Below are positions 1 to 9,362 of a stretch of DNA of 59,830 bases, in pieces. Position 1 is the stretch's first letter. Every line of letters begins with the position of its first letter. The DNA lies in the NCBI GenBank assembly GCA_903889915.1, contig CAISZK010000133.1:1-59830 (forward strand), written 5' to 3'. A model generated the notes under the pieces. The model did not search any database and was not told the origin of the DNA. It saw only the letters and a list, made by a program, of their open reading frames with translations. A program made the position numbers and the translations under genes. The stretch comes from an uncultured Bacteroidota bacterium (GTDB lineage: Bacteria; Bacteroidota; Bacteroidia; Bacteroidales; CG2-30-32-10).

Positions 1-31
1 ACAAGGTAAAAATTCCTGGTGTTTTTTTCAT
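1..31 (-). CDS. 5' end of a gene running off the left edge (MKKTPGIFTL...)
   Basis: ATG at 31 on the minus strand, signal-peptide-like start; TACCTTTG -7 motif at 120-127 (minus) upstream. Confidence 0.35.
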   Translation of the reverse strand, partial: MKKTPGIFTL

Positions 32-429
32 AAAATTAATTTTTAGAAATTAGTAATTTGTTGAATTATTTTTTGATATTCGCCGTCACGGGTATGTTTT
101 TTTGCCCGAAAAGGCGAGGCAAAGGTAATATAGAAAAATTTTTCAAATGGCACTTTTAGTACCCATCAGGGCATAAAGTCCGGGTAAAGTCCAAAAAAAA
201 GGGAGCTAACCCGCGTGGTTGCAACAATCCATTTTGAAAAATTCCTGAAAAATAATTGCATTTTCAGGTCCGGGATAGAAATTTTGGAATATTATTGTAA
301 TGTTATCACGCATTGATTTAACACGTCAGGGTATGGAAAAATTTCGTAAGACAAGCTTACGCTTTGATCTCACTGATCTTTGTGAAACTTGAAAACTACA
401 AGTACACCTGCCAAACCTACTTATCTCAG

Positions 430-1326
430 TTAGTTCACAGGCGCCAAATTTGCCTTGTACTTCTTGTAAACAGTATATATCAGCCCATCCGAAAGGCCGA
501 TGCGGGGAACAAAAATATAACTCGACTGGGTGGTTTTCATGATGCTCATAAAAATTTCGGCTGCAGGGATTATCACATCTGCACGGTCGGGACGCATGCC
601 CATCTCCTCTATGCGCTGCTGCAGCGTCATTTTGCTCAGCTTTTTAAAACCGGATTTGAGATTGGGCAGGCTGATGGAATTGTCGGGCTGTGTGCTGTAG
701 AGCTTCGACAGTTTGTTGATGTTTCCGCCCGAACCCACAAGGTATATCCTTCCAAAGTCCGGCTTATACTTGTGCAGCCATTCGCCCAGCCTCAGCCATT
801 CTTCTTCGTGTACTTTGTCGTTCATGATGCGAATGGTGCCCAGCTTGAAAGAAGCGGAATCCAACAGCACATGGTTTTTCAATACGGATATCTCGGTGCT
901 GCCGCCGCCAACATCCGTGTACATGGTGAGCGAAAACTTTTTGCCGGTGTCGAGGTTGTCGGTGGCGCAAAGAATTTCGGCCTCTTCGATACCATCAATG
1001 ATGCGGACGTTTATGCCGGTTTCTTTTATTATTTGTTCGATGATCATGCTGTTGTTGCTGGCTTCGCGCATGGCCGAGGTGGCCACGGCAACATAATCAA
1101 GGGGTTTATAAACTTCCATCAGCATCCTGAAAGCATGCATGGTTTTGATTAGACTGTCAATTTTTTTCTGCGAAATGCAACCCGACTCAAACACGTCAAG
1201 CCCCAGCCGCAGCGGGATCCTGATGAGTGATGCCTTCTCGGCAATAGGATTGCCTTTGAGTTCGAAAACGTTTGCAAAAAAAAGTCTGACAGCGTTGGAG
1301 CCAATATCAATGGAGGCGAAAAGCAT
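430..1326 (-). CDS. ppx: Exopolyphosphatase (Ppx/GppA family)
   Basis: IDIGSNAVRL, ATSAMREA, DVGGGSTE, GLSDG ASKHA-fold motifs; next to ppk1. Confidence 0.92.
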   Translation of the reverse strand: MLFASIDIGSNAVRLFFANVFELKGNPIAEKASLIRIPLRLGLDVFESGCISQKKIDSLIKTMHAFRMLMEVYKPLDYVAVATSAMREASNNSMIIEQIIKETGINVRIIDGIEEAEILCATDNLDTGKKFSLTMYTDVGGGSTEISVLKNHVLLDSASFKLGTIRIMNDKVHEEEWLRLGEWLHKYKPDFGRIYLVGSGGNINKLSKLYSTQPDNSISLPNLKSGFKKLSKMTLQQRIEEMGMRPDRADVIIPAAEIFMSIMKTTQSSYIFVPRIGLSDGLIYTVYKKYKANLAPVN

Positions 1327-1340
1327 GGGGAGGAGGGTTT

Positions 1341-1478
1341 GTGGTTTGTGGTTTGTTGTTAGTTGTTTGTTGTTTGTTGTTGGATGTTAGATGTTGGATG
1401 TGTTTAGCATGTTTTGTGTATCGGCCAGTTTTCAGAGTTGTGCAATATCTAATTTCTAATTTCCAATTTCCAATTTTC
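1341..1478. repeat. Heptamer tandem arrays (GTTGTTT/GATGTTR and CYAATTT)
   Basis: gtggtttgtggtttgttgttagttgtttg...gatgttagatgttggatg and ctaatttctaatttccaatttccaattt read directly. Confidence 0.8.
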
Positions 1479-3531
1479 TTTTCAAATATTCATAGATCTC
1501 GTATTGCGAACGGATCTCTTTTTTCCCCTGATGGGATTTGTATTGATTGTATTTATTGTAATTCAAACAACGGGCTTTGACATTATCTTTTAATTGTATT
1601 TTGATCATGTCCTTTATTTCCTTCTGAATTGACTTATCGAAAATGGGACAGGCCACTTCAACACGGTGATCAAAATTCCTGGTCATCCAGTCGGCTGACG
1701 AAATAAAATATTTTTCATCGCCGCCATTGTAGAATATCAAAACCCTTGAATGTTCGAGAAATTTATCAACGATGCTGATGGCTTCAATTTTATCGCTGAA
1801 AGAACCTTTGCCCGCCTTGAGGATGCATGAGCCACGCACGATGATCTTGATGTTCACCCCGGCCTCACTTGCCTCGTAAAGTTTCCTTGCAATATTTTCG
1901 TCAACCAGGCTGTTGAGTTTGAGAATAACCCATGCTTTTTTACCCGCGCGTGCATTGCTGATCTCGGTTTCGAGCATGCGTGTGAAATGCTGCCGCATGT
2001 AGAAAGGCGAAACGATGAGCGATTTGAAAGACATCGGCTCATAATTATTGACGAACAGACTGAACACTTTTTCAACATCCGAAGCAATGTCGGGATTGCA
2101 AGTGAAGAGGCTGTCGTCGGCAAATATCCTGGCGCTTTCCTCGTTGAAATTTCCGGTGCCGATGTTTGAATAGCTCACATCCTTTTTGCCCTCCCTGCGC
2201 TTGATGAGCAGCAGCTTTGCATGCACTTTACGACCTGTCTGCCCGTGAATGATCTTTGCGCCCTCTTCAAGCAACTTCTGCGACCATTCAATGTTTGCGC
2301 GTTCATCAAAGCGGGCCTGCAACTCAAGGTAAACGGTCACTTCTTTCCCGTTCCTTGCGGCATTCACCAGCGCATTGATGATGTTCGAATTTTTTGCAAG
2401 CCTGTAAAGCGTCATTTTGATTGACTTTACTTTGGGGTCAATGGATGCTTCCCTCAGCAGGTCTATCATGTAGTCGAAACTCTGGTATGGAAAATGAAGC
2501 ATAATGTCCTTTTCTTTTATCGAGCTGAACAATGAACGCGAATGAGGCAGGTCTTTGTGATGCAGGGCGGGCTTCACCGGATACTCAAGGTCAGGGCTGC
2601 CCACATTGGGGAAGTTGATAAAATCTTTGAAATTATGATAACGGCCGCCACCGATCAGGTCATCCTTGTGGGTGATCTTGAATTTTTTTATCAGTATCTT
2701 CAGCAACGGTGCTGGAATGGTCCTGTCGAAAATAAACCTTACAGGGCGGCCAATACTGCGTTGTTTCAGGCTTTCAGAAATAAGTTGCATGAAGCTTTTC
2801 GAAACGTCGTTGTCAATGTCGAGTTCGGCATCTCGTGTGAACTTGATGGTGTAGGCTTCAAAAGTATCGTAGCCAAAGATCCTGAAAATGTCTTTCAGGC
2901 AATAGCGGATGATGTCGTCGAGCAGTATGATGCACGTGCGGTCGTCGGTTTTGGGAAGAATGAGAAAGCGCGAAACCGAATCAACCGGGACTTTTATCAA
3001 TGCATAGTTTTCTGCTGTCTTCTTATCTTTTTTCCTGAGACAAACAGCAAGGTAAATGGATTTATCCTTCAGCGCTGTGCTATGCTCAAAATGGCTGATC
3101 ATGATGGGGAACAGGTTGGGTCGAACCTGCTCGTGAAAATACTCGTTGATATAGGCGCCCTGTTTTTCATCCAACTGGGTTTCGTTAAGAATGAAAATAT
3201 TTTTTTGCTCAAGCAATGAGAGAATGTCCCAGTAAATTTCGATGAACTGCTTTTGCTGGTCAAATATTATTTCATTGATTTCCTTCAAAACCTTTACAGG
3301 ATCGTTCATCGTGGAGGCAACCTGCTTTTCATTGAAATCAGACATCCTTGACAATGTAGCCACGCGCACCCTGAAAAACTCATCCTGGTTGTTGGAGAAT
3401 ATCCCAAGAAATTTCAACCTCTCAATAAGCGGAGTTGTAGGATCGGCCGCTTCCTGAAGCACACGCTGATTAAACTTCAGCCAGCTTATTTCGCGGTTGA
3501 TGAACTCGGGTTGAGCGTTGGTTTTGAGCAT
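1456..3531 (-). CDS. ppk1: Polyphosphate kinase 1
   Basis: NREISWLKFNQRVL, DEFFRVRV, ARFDE, KVHAK, FLEHSR, SADWMTRN motifs. Confidence 0.97.
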   Translation of the reverse strand: MLKTNAQPEFINREISWLKFNQRVLQEAADPTTPLIERLKFLGIFSNNQDEFFRVRVATLSRMSDFNEKQVASTMNDPVKVLKEINEIIFDQQKQFIEIYWDILSLLEQKNIFILNETQLDEKQGAYINEYFHEQVRPNLFPIMISHFEHSTALKDKSIYLAVCLRKKDKKTAENYALIKVPVDSVSRFLILPKTDDRTCIILLDDIIRYCLKDIFRIFGYDTFEAYTIKFTRDAELDIDNDVSKSFMQLISESLKQRSIGRPVRFIFDRTIPAPLLKILIKKFKITHKDDLIGGGRYHNFKDFINFPNVGSPDLEYPVKPALHHKDLPHSRSLFSSIKEKDIMLHFPYQSFDYMIDLLREASIDPKVKSIKMTLYRLAKNSNIINALVNAARNGKEVTVYLELQARFDERANIEWSQKLLEEGAKIIHGQTGRKVHAKLLLIKRREGKKDVSYSNIGTGNFNEESARIFADDSLFTCNPDIASDVEKVFSLFVNNYEPMSFKSLIVSPFYMRQHFTRMLETEISNARAGKKAWVILKLNSLVDENIARKLYEASEAGVNIKIIVRGSCILKAGKGSFSDKIEAISIVDKFLEHSRVLIFYNGGDEKYFISSADWMTRNFDHRVEVACPIFDKSIQKEIKDMIKIQLKDNVKARCLNYNKYNQYKSHQGKKEIRSQYEIYEYLKRKLEIGN

Positions 3532-3558
3532 TATTATTTGACTAAAAAATTAAGACCC

Positions 3559-3590
3559 AAATTCCAAATTCCAAGTTTCAAATTCCAAGG
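3559..3590. repeat. AAATTCC-type heptamer array downstream of four-helix-bundle gene 1
   Basis: aaattccaaattccaagtttcaaattccaag; reverse complement of the array at 3981-4091. Confidence 0.8.
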
Positions 3591-3613
3591 CCCTAAAATT
3601 GAACTGCAGCTTT

Positions 3614-3958
3614 TCATAGTTTATTTAATATTGAAGCAAGAATTGATTTTAGCTCTGTAGATTCCTTCACTAATTGTGTACACATTGTCATATCACCGGA
3701 TTTTAACCGATGAAATACACGAAGAAAAAAATTTGATTCCCGCATTTCCTTCAATGAAATTCCAATTTTAGTCTTGACGTCAGGTCTTGTAGGAGAACCC
3801 TGCGATTCTTCATAATTTGCTCCTGCTGATGTTGCGGCTTTAACAAGCTGACGTTTTATATCCATCGTTTCCAAAGTATTTTTTATTGTCCGCAAATACA
3901 AGATCGCATCAACAGCAAAATTCAGCAATCTTTCACAAAGATCATTTTTTCTTTCCAT
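3614..3958 (-). CDS. Four helix bundle protein (23S rRNA IVP/Avd-like family)
   Basis: 114 aa; QLVKAATSAGANYEE...KIGISLKEMRES family pattern. Confidence 0.88.
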   Translation of the reverse strand: MERKNDLCERLLNFAVDAILYLRTIKNTLETMDIKRQLVKAATSAGANYEESQGSPTRPDVKTKIGISLKEMRESNFFLRVFHRLKSGDMTMCTQLVKESTELKSILASILNKL

Positions 3959-3980
3959 TTTTTTCTTTTTTCTTTTCTTT

Positions 3981-4091
3981 GAATTTGAAATTTGGGGATT
4001 GTAACTTGAAATTTTCTTTCTTGGAATTTTCCTTTCTTTGAATTTGAAATTTGGAATTTGGAATTTGGAATTTATAATTTGAGACTTGGAT
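3981..4091. repeat. GGAATTT-type heptamer array upstream of four-helix-bundle gene 1
   Basis: gaatttgaaatttggaatttggaatttggaattt and degenerate copies. Confidence 0.8.
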
Positions 4092-4092
4092 T

Positions 4093-4587
4093 TTATTTCA
4101 TCAGCTTGGGGAAAAGAGTGAAATTAATTTTCTTCGCAGCAGACGTAATCTCGTTCCAGTTGCCGGTTTCAAAGCTTATGGAAATTACTCCCGAAGTCGG
4201 AAGGAGGTCAATTTTATCACTGAGGAAATAATTTGCAAACTGCGTCAGTGTAGGATTATGACCAACGATCAGCAATGTGTCAATGGTGTCTTTAACAGCA
4301 AAAATAATATTAAAAATGTCCTCGCTATAACATTGATAAATGAGTTTACTGACTTCAATTTTTTCAACAGGATAATTGATGCCGGTAGCAATGATCCTTG
4401 CAGTTTCCTGTGCACGTTTTGCATGACTGCTGACCATAAGTTCAACAGAGATGTTCTTCTTGTTGAGTTCAGCAACGATAACTTTGGTGTTGTAAACGCC
4501 TTTGTCAATAATTGGTCTGTCAATATCCGGCAAATTAGGATAATCCCACGAGGCTTTGGCATGTCGGACGATGTAAAGAGTTTTCAT
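4093..4587 (-). CDS. sixA: SixA-like histidine phosphatase
   Basis: MKTLYIVRHAKASW...DRP...SSHAKRA...VGHNP. Confidence 0.88.
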   Translation of the reverse strand: MKTLYIVRHAKASWDYPNLPDIDRPIIDKGVYNTKVIVAELNKKNISVELMVSSHAKRAQETARIIATGINYPVEKIEVSKLIYQCYSEDIFNIIFAVKDTIDTLLIVGHNPTLTQFANYFLSDKIDLLPTSGVISISFETGNWNEITSAAKKINFTLFPKLMK

Positions 4588-4620
4588 TGGTGAATAAAGG
4601 GTTTGGGATTTATAAAGTAG

Positions 4621-4648
4621 TTAGAAATTAGAAATCAGAAATCAGAAA
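4621..4648. repeat. TYAGAAA heptamer array downstream of four-helix-bundle gene 2
   Basis: ttagaaattagaaatcagaaatcagaaa; inverted relative to 5048-5079. Confidence 0.8.
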
Positions 4649-4652
4649 AACG

Positions 4653-5042
4653 CTAGGAAGTGCGCAATTCATTTATTAAAGAATTAAGCATTGCTTCTAC
4701 TTCTCTATACCTGCTATCAAAACTATTAAATTCTTCCATGGTAATATAATTACAGTCTCTGGAAAATTCCAGCCACCCTCTCATCTCTTCAGAATAGACT
4801 ATTGATTCAACAAGGTGTCGGATAAACACATTCTCATACTTTCTTTTGGCAAATCCATCTTTTATACTTTTTGTCACAGAAAGGGATGATCTCCTTAACT
4901 TATAAATAAGAGAGTAATCTTCTCCTGGAATTTTTTTTGTTAAATGAAAAACTTCCTTCGTAAGCCTATTAGTAAGCAAATAAACTTTTAAATCAGTTAC
5001 ATTTTTAATCGCATTGTGTTCCATACTTAACTTGTCTGCCAT
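4653..5042 (-). CDS. Four helix bundle protein (23S rRNA IVP-like), divergent
   Basis: DLKVY...EDYSLIYKLRRSSLSV...F+RHL..S..E...WLEFSRDCNYI pattern. Confidence 0.82.
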   Translation of the reverse strand: MADKLSMEHNAIKNVTDLKVYLLTNRLTKEVFHLTKKIPGEDYSLIYKLRRSSLSVTKSIKDGFAKRKYENVFIRHLVESIVYSEEMRGWLEFSRDCNYITMEEFNSFDSRYREVEAMLNSLINELRTS

Positions 5043-5047
5043 TCTGT

Positions 5048-5079
5048 TTTCAATTTCTATTTTCTAATTTCTATTTTCT
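5048..5079. repeat. TTTCTAW heptamer array upstream of four-helix-bundle gene 2
   Basis: tttcaatttctattttctaatttctattttct. Confidence 0.8.
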
Positions 5080-6360
5080 TTAATAAGCGAATAGCGGGAA
5101 TTCTTTCATCAGATCATGAACTCTTGACTTCACACCTTCGTGTACTTTTTCGTTATCAATATTACTGATCACTTCGTCAATCATATCAACAATGATCGGC
5201 ATGTGAACTTCGGTCAAACCACGTGTTGTGATTGCCGGTGTTCCAACTCTCAAACCCGATGTCTGAAAAGGCGAACGACTGTCGAAAGGAACCATGTTTT
5301 TGTTTACAGTGATGTCAGCTTTCACCAGTGTGTTCTCAACAACTTTTCCGGTAATGTTAGGGAACTTGGTGCGAAGGTCAATCAGCATAAGATGGTTATC
5401 TGTACCGCCACTGATCACTTTGTAACCCTTGTCAACAAAGCATTTCGACATCACCTTTGCATTCTTCATCAACTGCACGATATACCTGTCATAATCGTCA
5501 GTAAGCGCTTCACCGAAAGCCACAGCTTTTGAAGCAATGACATGCTCTAGTGGTCCGCCCTGTATGCCCGGGAAAACAGCAGAGTCAATCAATGTTGACA
5601 TCATTTTGATCTCGCCTTTTGGTGTTGTGTATCCCCATGGATTTTCAAAATCTTTTCCGATGATGATTATACCACCTCTTGGTCCGCGCAGTGTTTTGTG
5701 TGTTGTTGAAGTGATGATATGACAATAAGGAACCGGGTTATTCAGTTTTCCTTTGGCGATCAGTCCGGCAGGATGAGCAATGTCGGCCATCAAAATAGCT
5801 CCGATTTTATCGGCTATTTCTCTCATGCGTTTGAAATCCCAGTCGCGTGAGTATGCAGATGCACCAGCCAATAATAATTTCGGTTTTTCTTTCAGTGCAA
5901 GCTCTTCCATCTTGTCATAATTAACCATGCCTGTTTCCTCTTCCACGCCATAGGAAATTGCATTATAAAGAAGACCCGATGAATTGACCGGCGAGCCATG
6001 AGACAGGTGTCCGCCATGCGCTAGATTAAGCCCCATGAATGTATCGCCCGGTTTAAGGCAGGCAAGGAAGACAGCCATGTTGGCCTGTGCTCCTGAATGC
6101 GGTTGAACGTTTGCATACTCTGCTCCAAACAACTCTTTGAGCCTGTCAATAGCAACCTGTTCGGTCATATCCACATATTGGCAACCTCCGTAATAACGCT
6201 TGCCGGGATAGCCTTCAGCATATTTGTTGGTCATGCATGAACCCATGGCCAGCAAAACCTGTTCACTTACGAAGTTCTCAGATGCTATCAGTTCAATGCC
6301 GTGCATCTGACGCTGCAATTCAAGATTAATTATTTCAAAAACTTTTTCGTCCTTTTTCAT
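5080..6360 (-). CDS. glyA: Serine hydroxymethyltransferase
   Basis: [35 protein letters not shown]. Confidence 0.98.
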   Translation of the reverse strand: MKKDEKVFEIINLELQRQMHGIELIASENFVSEQVLLAMGSCMTNKYAEGYPGKRYYGGCQYVDMTEQVAIDRLKELFGAEYANVQPHSGAQANMAVFLACLKPGDTFMGLNLAHGGHLSHGSPVNSSGLLYNAISYGVEEETGMVNYDKMEELALKEKPKLLLAGASAYSRDWDFKRMREIADKIGAILMADIAHPAGLIAKGKLNNPVPYCHIITSTTHKTLRGPRGGIIIIGKDFENPWGYTTPKGEIKMMSTLIDSAVFPGIQGGPLEHVIASKAVAFGEALTDDYDRYIVQLMKNAKVMSKCFVDKGYKVISGGTDNHLMLIDLRTKFPNITGKVVENTLVKADITVNKNMVPFDSRSPFQTSGLRVGTPAITTRGLTEVHMPIIVDMIDEVISNIDNEKVHEGVKSRVHDLMKEFPLFAY

Positions 6361-6581
6361 ATTTTTATTGATTATTATTTTCCGGCTTCAAAATTAGGAT
6401 TTATTGAGATACCGTAAAGAAAAATAATGCATTTTTCTTAAAAAAGGTCAATATTGAATTCAAACTATTGCGATTTCCCGTACCCTGAATTTTCTTATTT
6501 CTCCTTTACCAAATTATCTTTTCCATTTTCATTTCTCAATCTATTTTTAATTACTTTTGCTTTATAATAAACCTTTTCGTC

Positions 6582-9317
6582 ATGAGAAAATTGTACATCT
6601 TCATCACTTTTATTTTATGTGCTGCACAGGTTCATTCGCAAATATGGCCTGCAAGTCTTTCAGGTCGCTGGACATTTGACAACACATCTGATCTGCTACA
6701 CGCAACTGTGGGTAATGATCTTGTTCTGACAGGAACACATACTGTGGTTCCCGGACCTGTTGCCGGAGATGGTGCAGTTGCAATAGATGCCGGTAGTTAT
6801 TACACATGCACACACGGAATACCTGCAAATGGCGGGGGTTCGTTAGTGAATGAATATTCCATCATGTTCGATGTGATGATTGAAGATCCTACGGAATATC
6901 ATTGTTTTTTCCAAACGAATCAAAGCAACAGCAACGATGGAGATATGTTTTTCAACACAAACAGTCAGATTGGAATTAGTGCGACCGGCTATTCAGGTTT
7001 TTCTGCAAGAGCAAAGCAATGGTACAGGGTTGTCATTACTGTTGATAACGGAAGTAGTCTTCGTTATTATGTTGACGGAAAACTTGTACTTGATGGTACC
7101 AGCCAAACTGTTGACGGAACTTATTCACTCGATCCGACATTATTGTTTTTTGCTGATGATAACGGTGAAGATAACCTGATCAATGTTGCACAGGTTGCAA
7201 TATTCAACACCTCATTGACTGCTTCACTAGTTAGCGGCCTGGGAGGTTTTCATGCATCCAATATTTGCCCTTATCTTCAAACACCAACTCCAAGTTCAAT
7301 GTATGTTAGCTGGAATTCTTATGAAAGTTCATCCACCATTGTAGAGTTTGGCGCTACTCCTTCGCTGGGAGCAAGTGCCGCCGGAACATACGAAGACATC
7401 AGTTCCAACCGCTGGCATACTGTTAAACTATCAGGATTGCAGCCCGACACACGTTATTACTATCATTGCATCAGCGGTACGGATACCTCAGCAATGTTTC
7501 ATTTTCATACTCCTCCCCTTGCGGGAAATCAAAACGGACATATTCGCTTTATCAAACTTGGTGACAACCAGGCAAACGATAAAAACATCAGTGCCGAAAT
7601 TGGCGATACCATTGTTTATTTGTTGCATCAATTATATGGCGCGGACTGGACAGATTCAATCAGTCTGGCCCTGCACACAGGAGATATTGTTCAGGATGGT
7701 TCTGTTATTGGCCGCTACATGAATGAATATTTCAATGCTTATGCCGGACTATCTCCATACATTCCTTTTATGGTTACCATCGGAAATCATGAAGCAGAAA
7801 ATGCTTACTATTACAAATTCATGAAATACGAAGACCTGACAGGTTTTAATGAAGCATACTACACTTTTAATCTCGGCGACTGCCAGTTTATTGCTATGAA
7901 CACCAATGGACTTTACAATACTGTCGTGCAAACAAACTGGCTTCAAACACAACTTAACACTTCAAATGCGGACCAGAATATTGATATTGTTTTTACATAC
8001 AACCATGAGCCAAAACACAGTGAAATATGGCCTGATGGAAACAGTTCTTTTGTTGAAACAAGCCTGTATCCTGTTGAAGCTGCTTACCCCAAAATGGTTA
8101 TGACCACACATGGTCATTCGCATTGTTATGAGAGAGGAACAGTTCGTTCCACACACGCTTTTAACTGGGATTTCAGAGAAGTAATTTCAGGCGGTGCCGG
8201 CGGAGCGCTTGACAGATGGGGAATGTACACCAACCAGACTGACTATCCCGAAGTTCAAAAAGCTTTTGATATTTACAATTTCCTTCTTGTGGATGTGGAT
8301 ATTTCAACAAAAAAAGTAAATGCATACACTTACAGTCTCGGCAATACTGACAAACCCCGTAATCTTGAACAGATAGACAGATGGCATCGTTATCTTAATC
8401 AGCCGGCACCTGATAAACCAACGGCTTTATGGCCGGATTCTGTTGCTTCAGTTACTCCGACTTTAATGGCATCTCCATTTTCAGGTGTTGATACTTTGAT
8501 GAGTTCAGAATTTCAATTGGATATTGCAGGCGGTAATTTTACCAGTCCTGTTATTGATGTGGTTCGCGATTCAGAAAATTATTACGGCGATTCCGGTTCC
8601 CCGAATTTTATTCCCATCAACCTGAATAATGGCATTGACCTGAAACGTTACTCCGTAGGTTCAGGATTGTTGACAGCAGGACAAACTTATATCTGGCGTA
8701 TGCGCTATCGTGATCAAAATGTAAGATGGAGCGACTGGTCGGATACCTTACAATTTACTGCTGTAGCCTCACCTGCAGATGCAGTTAATTTTACTGCTGA
8801 TGTTACAACGGGAACTACTCCGCTTACAGTTCATTTTACCGATCTATCGGTTTATAATCCGGTTTCCTGGCAATGGGATTTTGACAATAACGGAACAATT
8901 GACGATAATAATCAGGATCCGACATACACCTACACTACACCCGGACTTTATACTGTCAGCCTCACATCACAGGTCAGCTCACAAGTTCTGACAAAGACAA
9001 AACAATATTACATCAATGTTCTGACCGCTGACATTTCTGAGAATGAAAATAACGAAATGGTTATTGTGAATCCAAATCCTTCCAATGGCAATGTTCAAAT
9101 TAATTTCCCTTCTGAAGGAGATAACATCACTGTAAACATTAAGGATATTAGCGGGAAAACCATACTAACTTTATTCAACGGAACTTTACAAACAGGACAA
9201 CAAAAATTAATCTGGAATGGGAAAACTGATGCAGGGACCAAAGTTGCACCCGGAATTTATCTTTGCCATATCCAATGCAATAATTATAATAAGGTAGTGA
9301 AGATCGTCATGAATTAA
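6582..9317 (+). CDS. Secreted metallophosphoesterase (LamG-like + FN3/purple-acid-phosphatase N-domain + phosphoesterase + PKD + T9SS CTD)
   Basis: Signal peptide; GD/GDIV/GNHE/GHSH motifs; WDFDNNG PKD; PNP...GIYL C-terminal sorting domain. Confidence 0.82.
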   Translation: MRKLYIFITFILCAAQVHSQIWPASLSGRWTFDNTSDLLHATVGNDLVLTGTHTVVPGPVAGDGAVAIDAGSYYTCTHGIPANGGGSLVNEYSIMFDVMIEDPTEYHCFFQTNQSNSNDGDMFFNTNSQIGISATGYSGFSARAKQWYRVVITVDNGSSLRYYVDGKLVLDGTSQTVDGTYSLDPTLLFFADDNGEDNLINVAQVAIFNTSLTASLVSGLGGFHASNICPYLQTPTPSSMYVSWNSYESSSTIVEFGATPSLGASAAGTYEDISSNRWHTVKLSGLQPDTRYYYHCISGTDTSAMFHFHTPPLAGNQNGHIRFIKLGDNQANDKNISAEIGDTIVYLLHQLYGADWTDSISLALHTGDIVQDGSVIGRYMNEYFNAYAGLSPYIPFMVTIGNHEAENAYYYKFMKYEDLTGFNEAYYTFNLGDCQFIAMNTNGLYNTVVQTNWLQTQLNTSNADQNIDIVFTYNHEPKHSEIWPDGNSSFVETSLYPVEAAYPKMVMTTHGHSHCYERGTVRSTHAFNWDFREVISGGAGGALDRWGMYTNQTDYPEVQKAFDIYNFLLVDVDISTKKVNAYTYSLGNTDKPRNLEQIDRWHRYLNQPAPDKPTALWPDSVASVTPTLMASPFSGVDTLMSSEFQLDIAGGNFTSPVIDVVRDSENYYGDSGSPNFIPINLNNGIDLKRYSVGSGLLTAGQTYIWRMRYRDQNVRWSDWSDTLQFTAVASPADAVNFTADVTTGTTPLTVHFTDLSVYNPVSWQWDFDNNGTIDDNNQDPTYTYTTPGLYTVSLTSQVSSQVLTKTKQYYINVLTADISENENNEMVIVNPNPSNGNVQINFPSEGDNITVNIKDISGKTILTLFNGTLQTGQQKLIWNGKTDAGTKVAPGIYLCHIQCNNYNKVVKIVMN

Positions 9318-9362
9318 ATAGTGTCTAACACTCTAAAAAATAACACCATTTTTTGTTCAAAC

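Noticed and set aside
364-1152. 262-aa plus-strand ORF
   Set aside because: Antisense shadow of ppx with no recognisable motifs.
1341-1580. Cys/Leu-rich 79-aa ORF
   Set aside because: Artefact of translating heptamer repeats; overlaps ppk1 antisense.
2542-3219. 225-aa plus-strand ORF
   Set aside because: Antisense to ppk1.
3614-5042. Diversity-generating retroelement (Avd-like proteins)
   Set aside because: No reverse transcriptase and no template/variable repeat pair with adenine-specific mismatches was seen.
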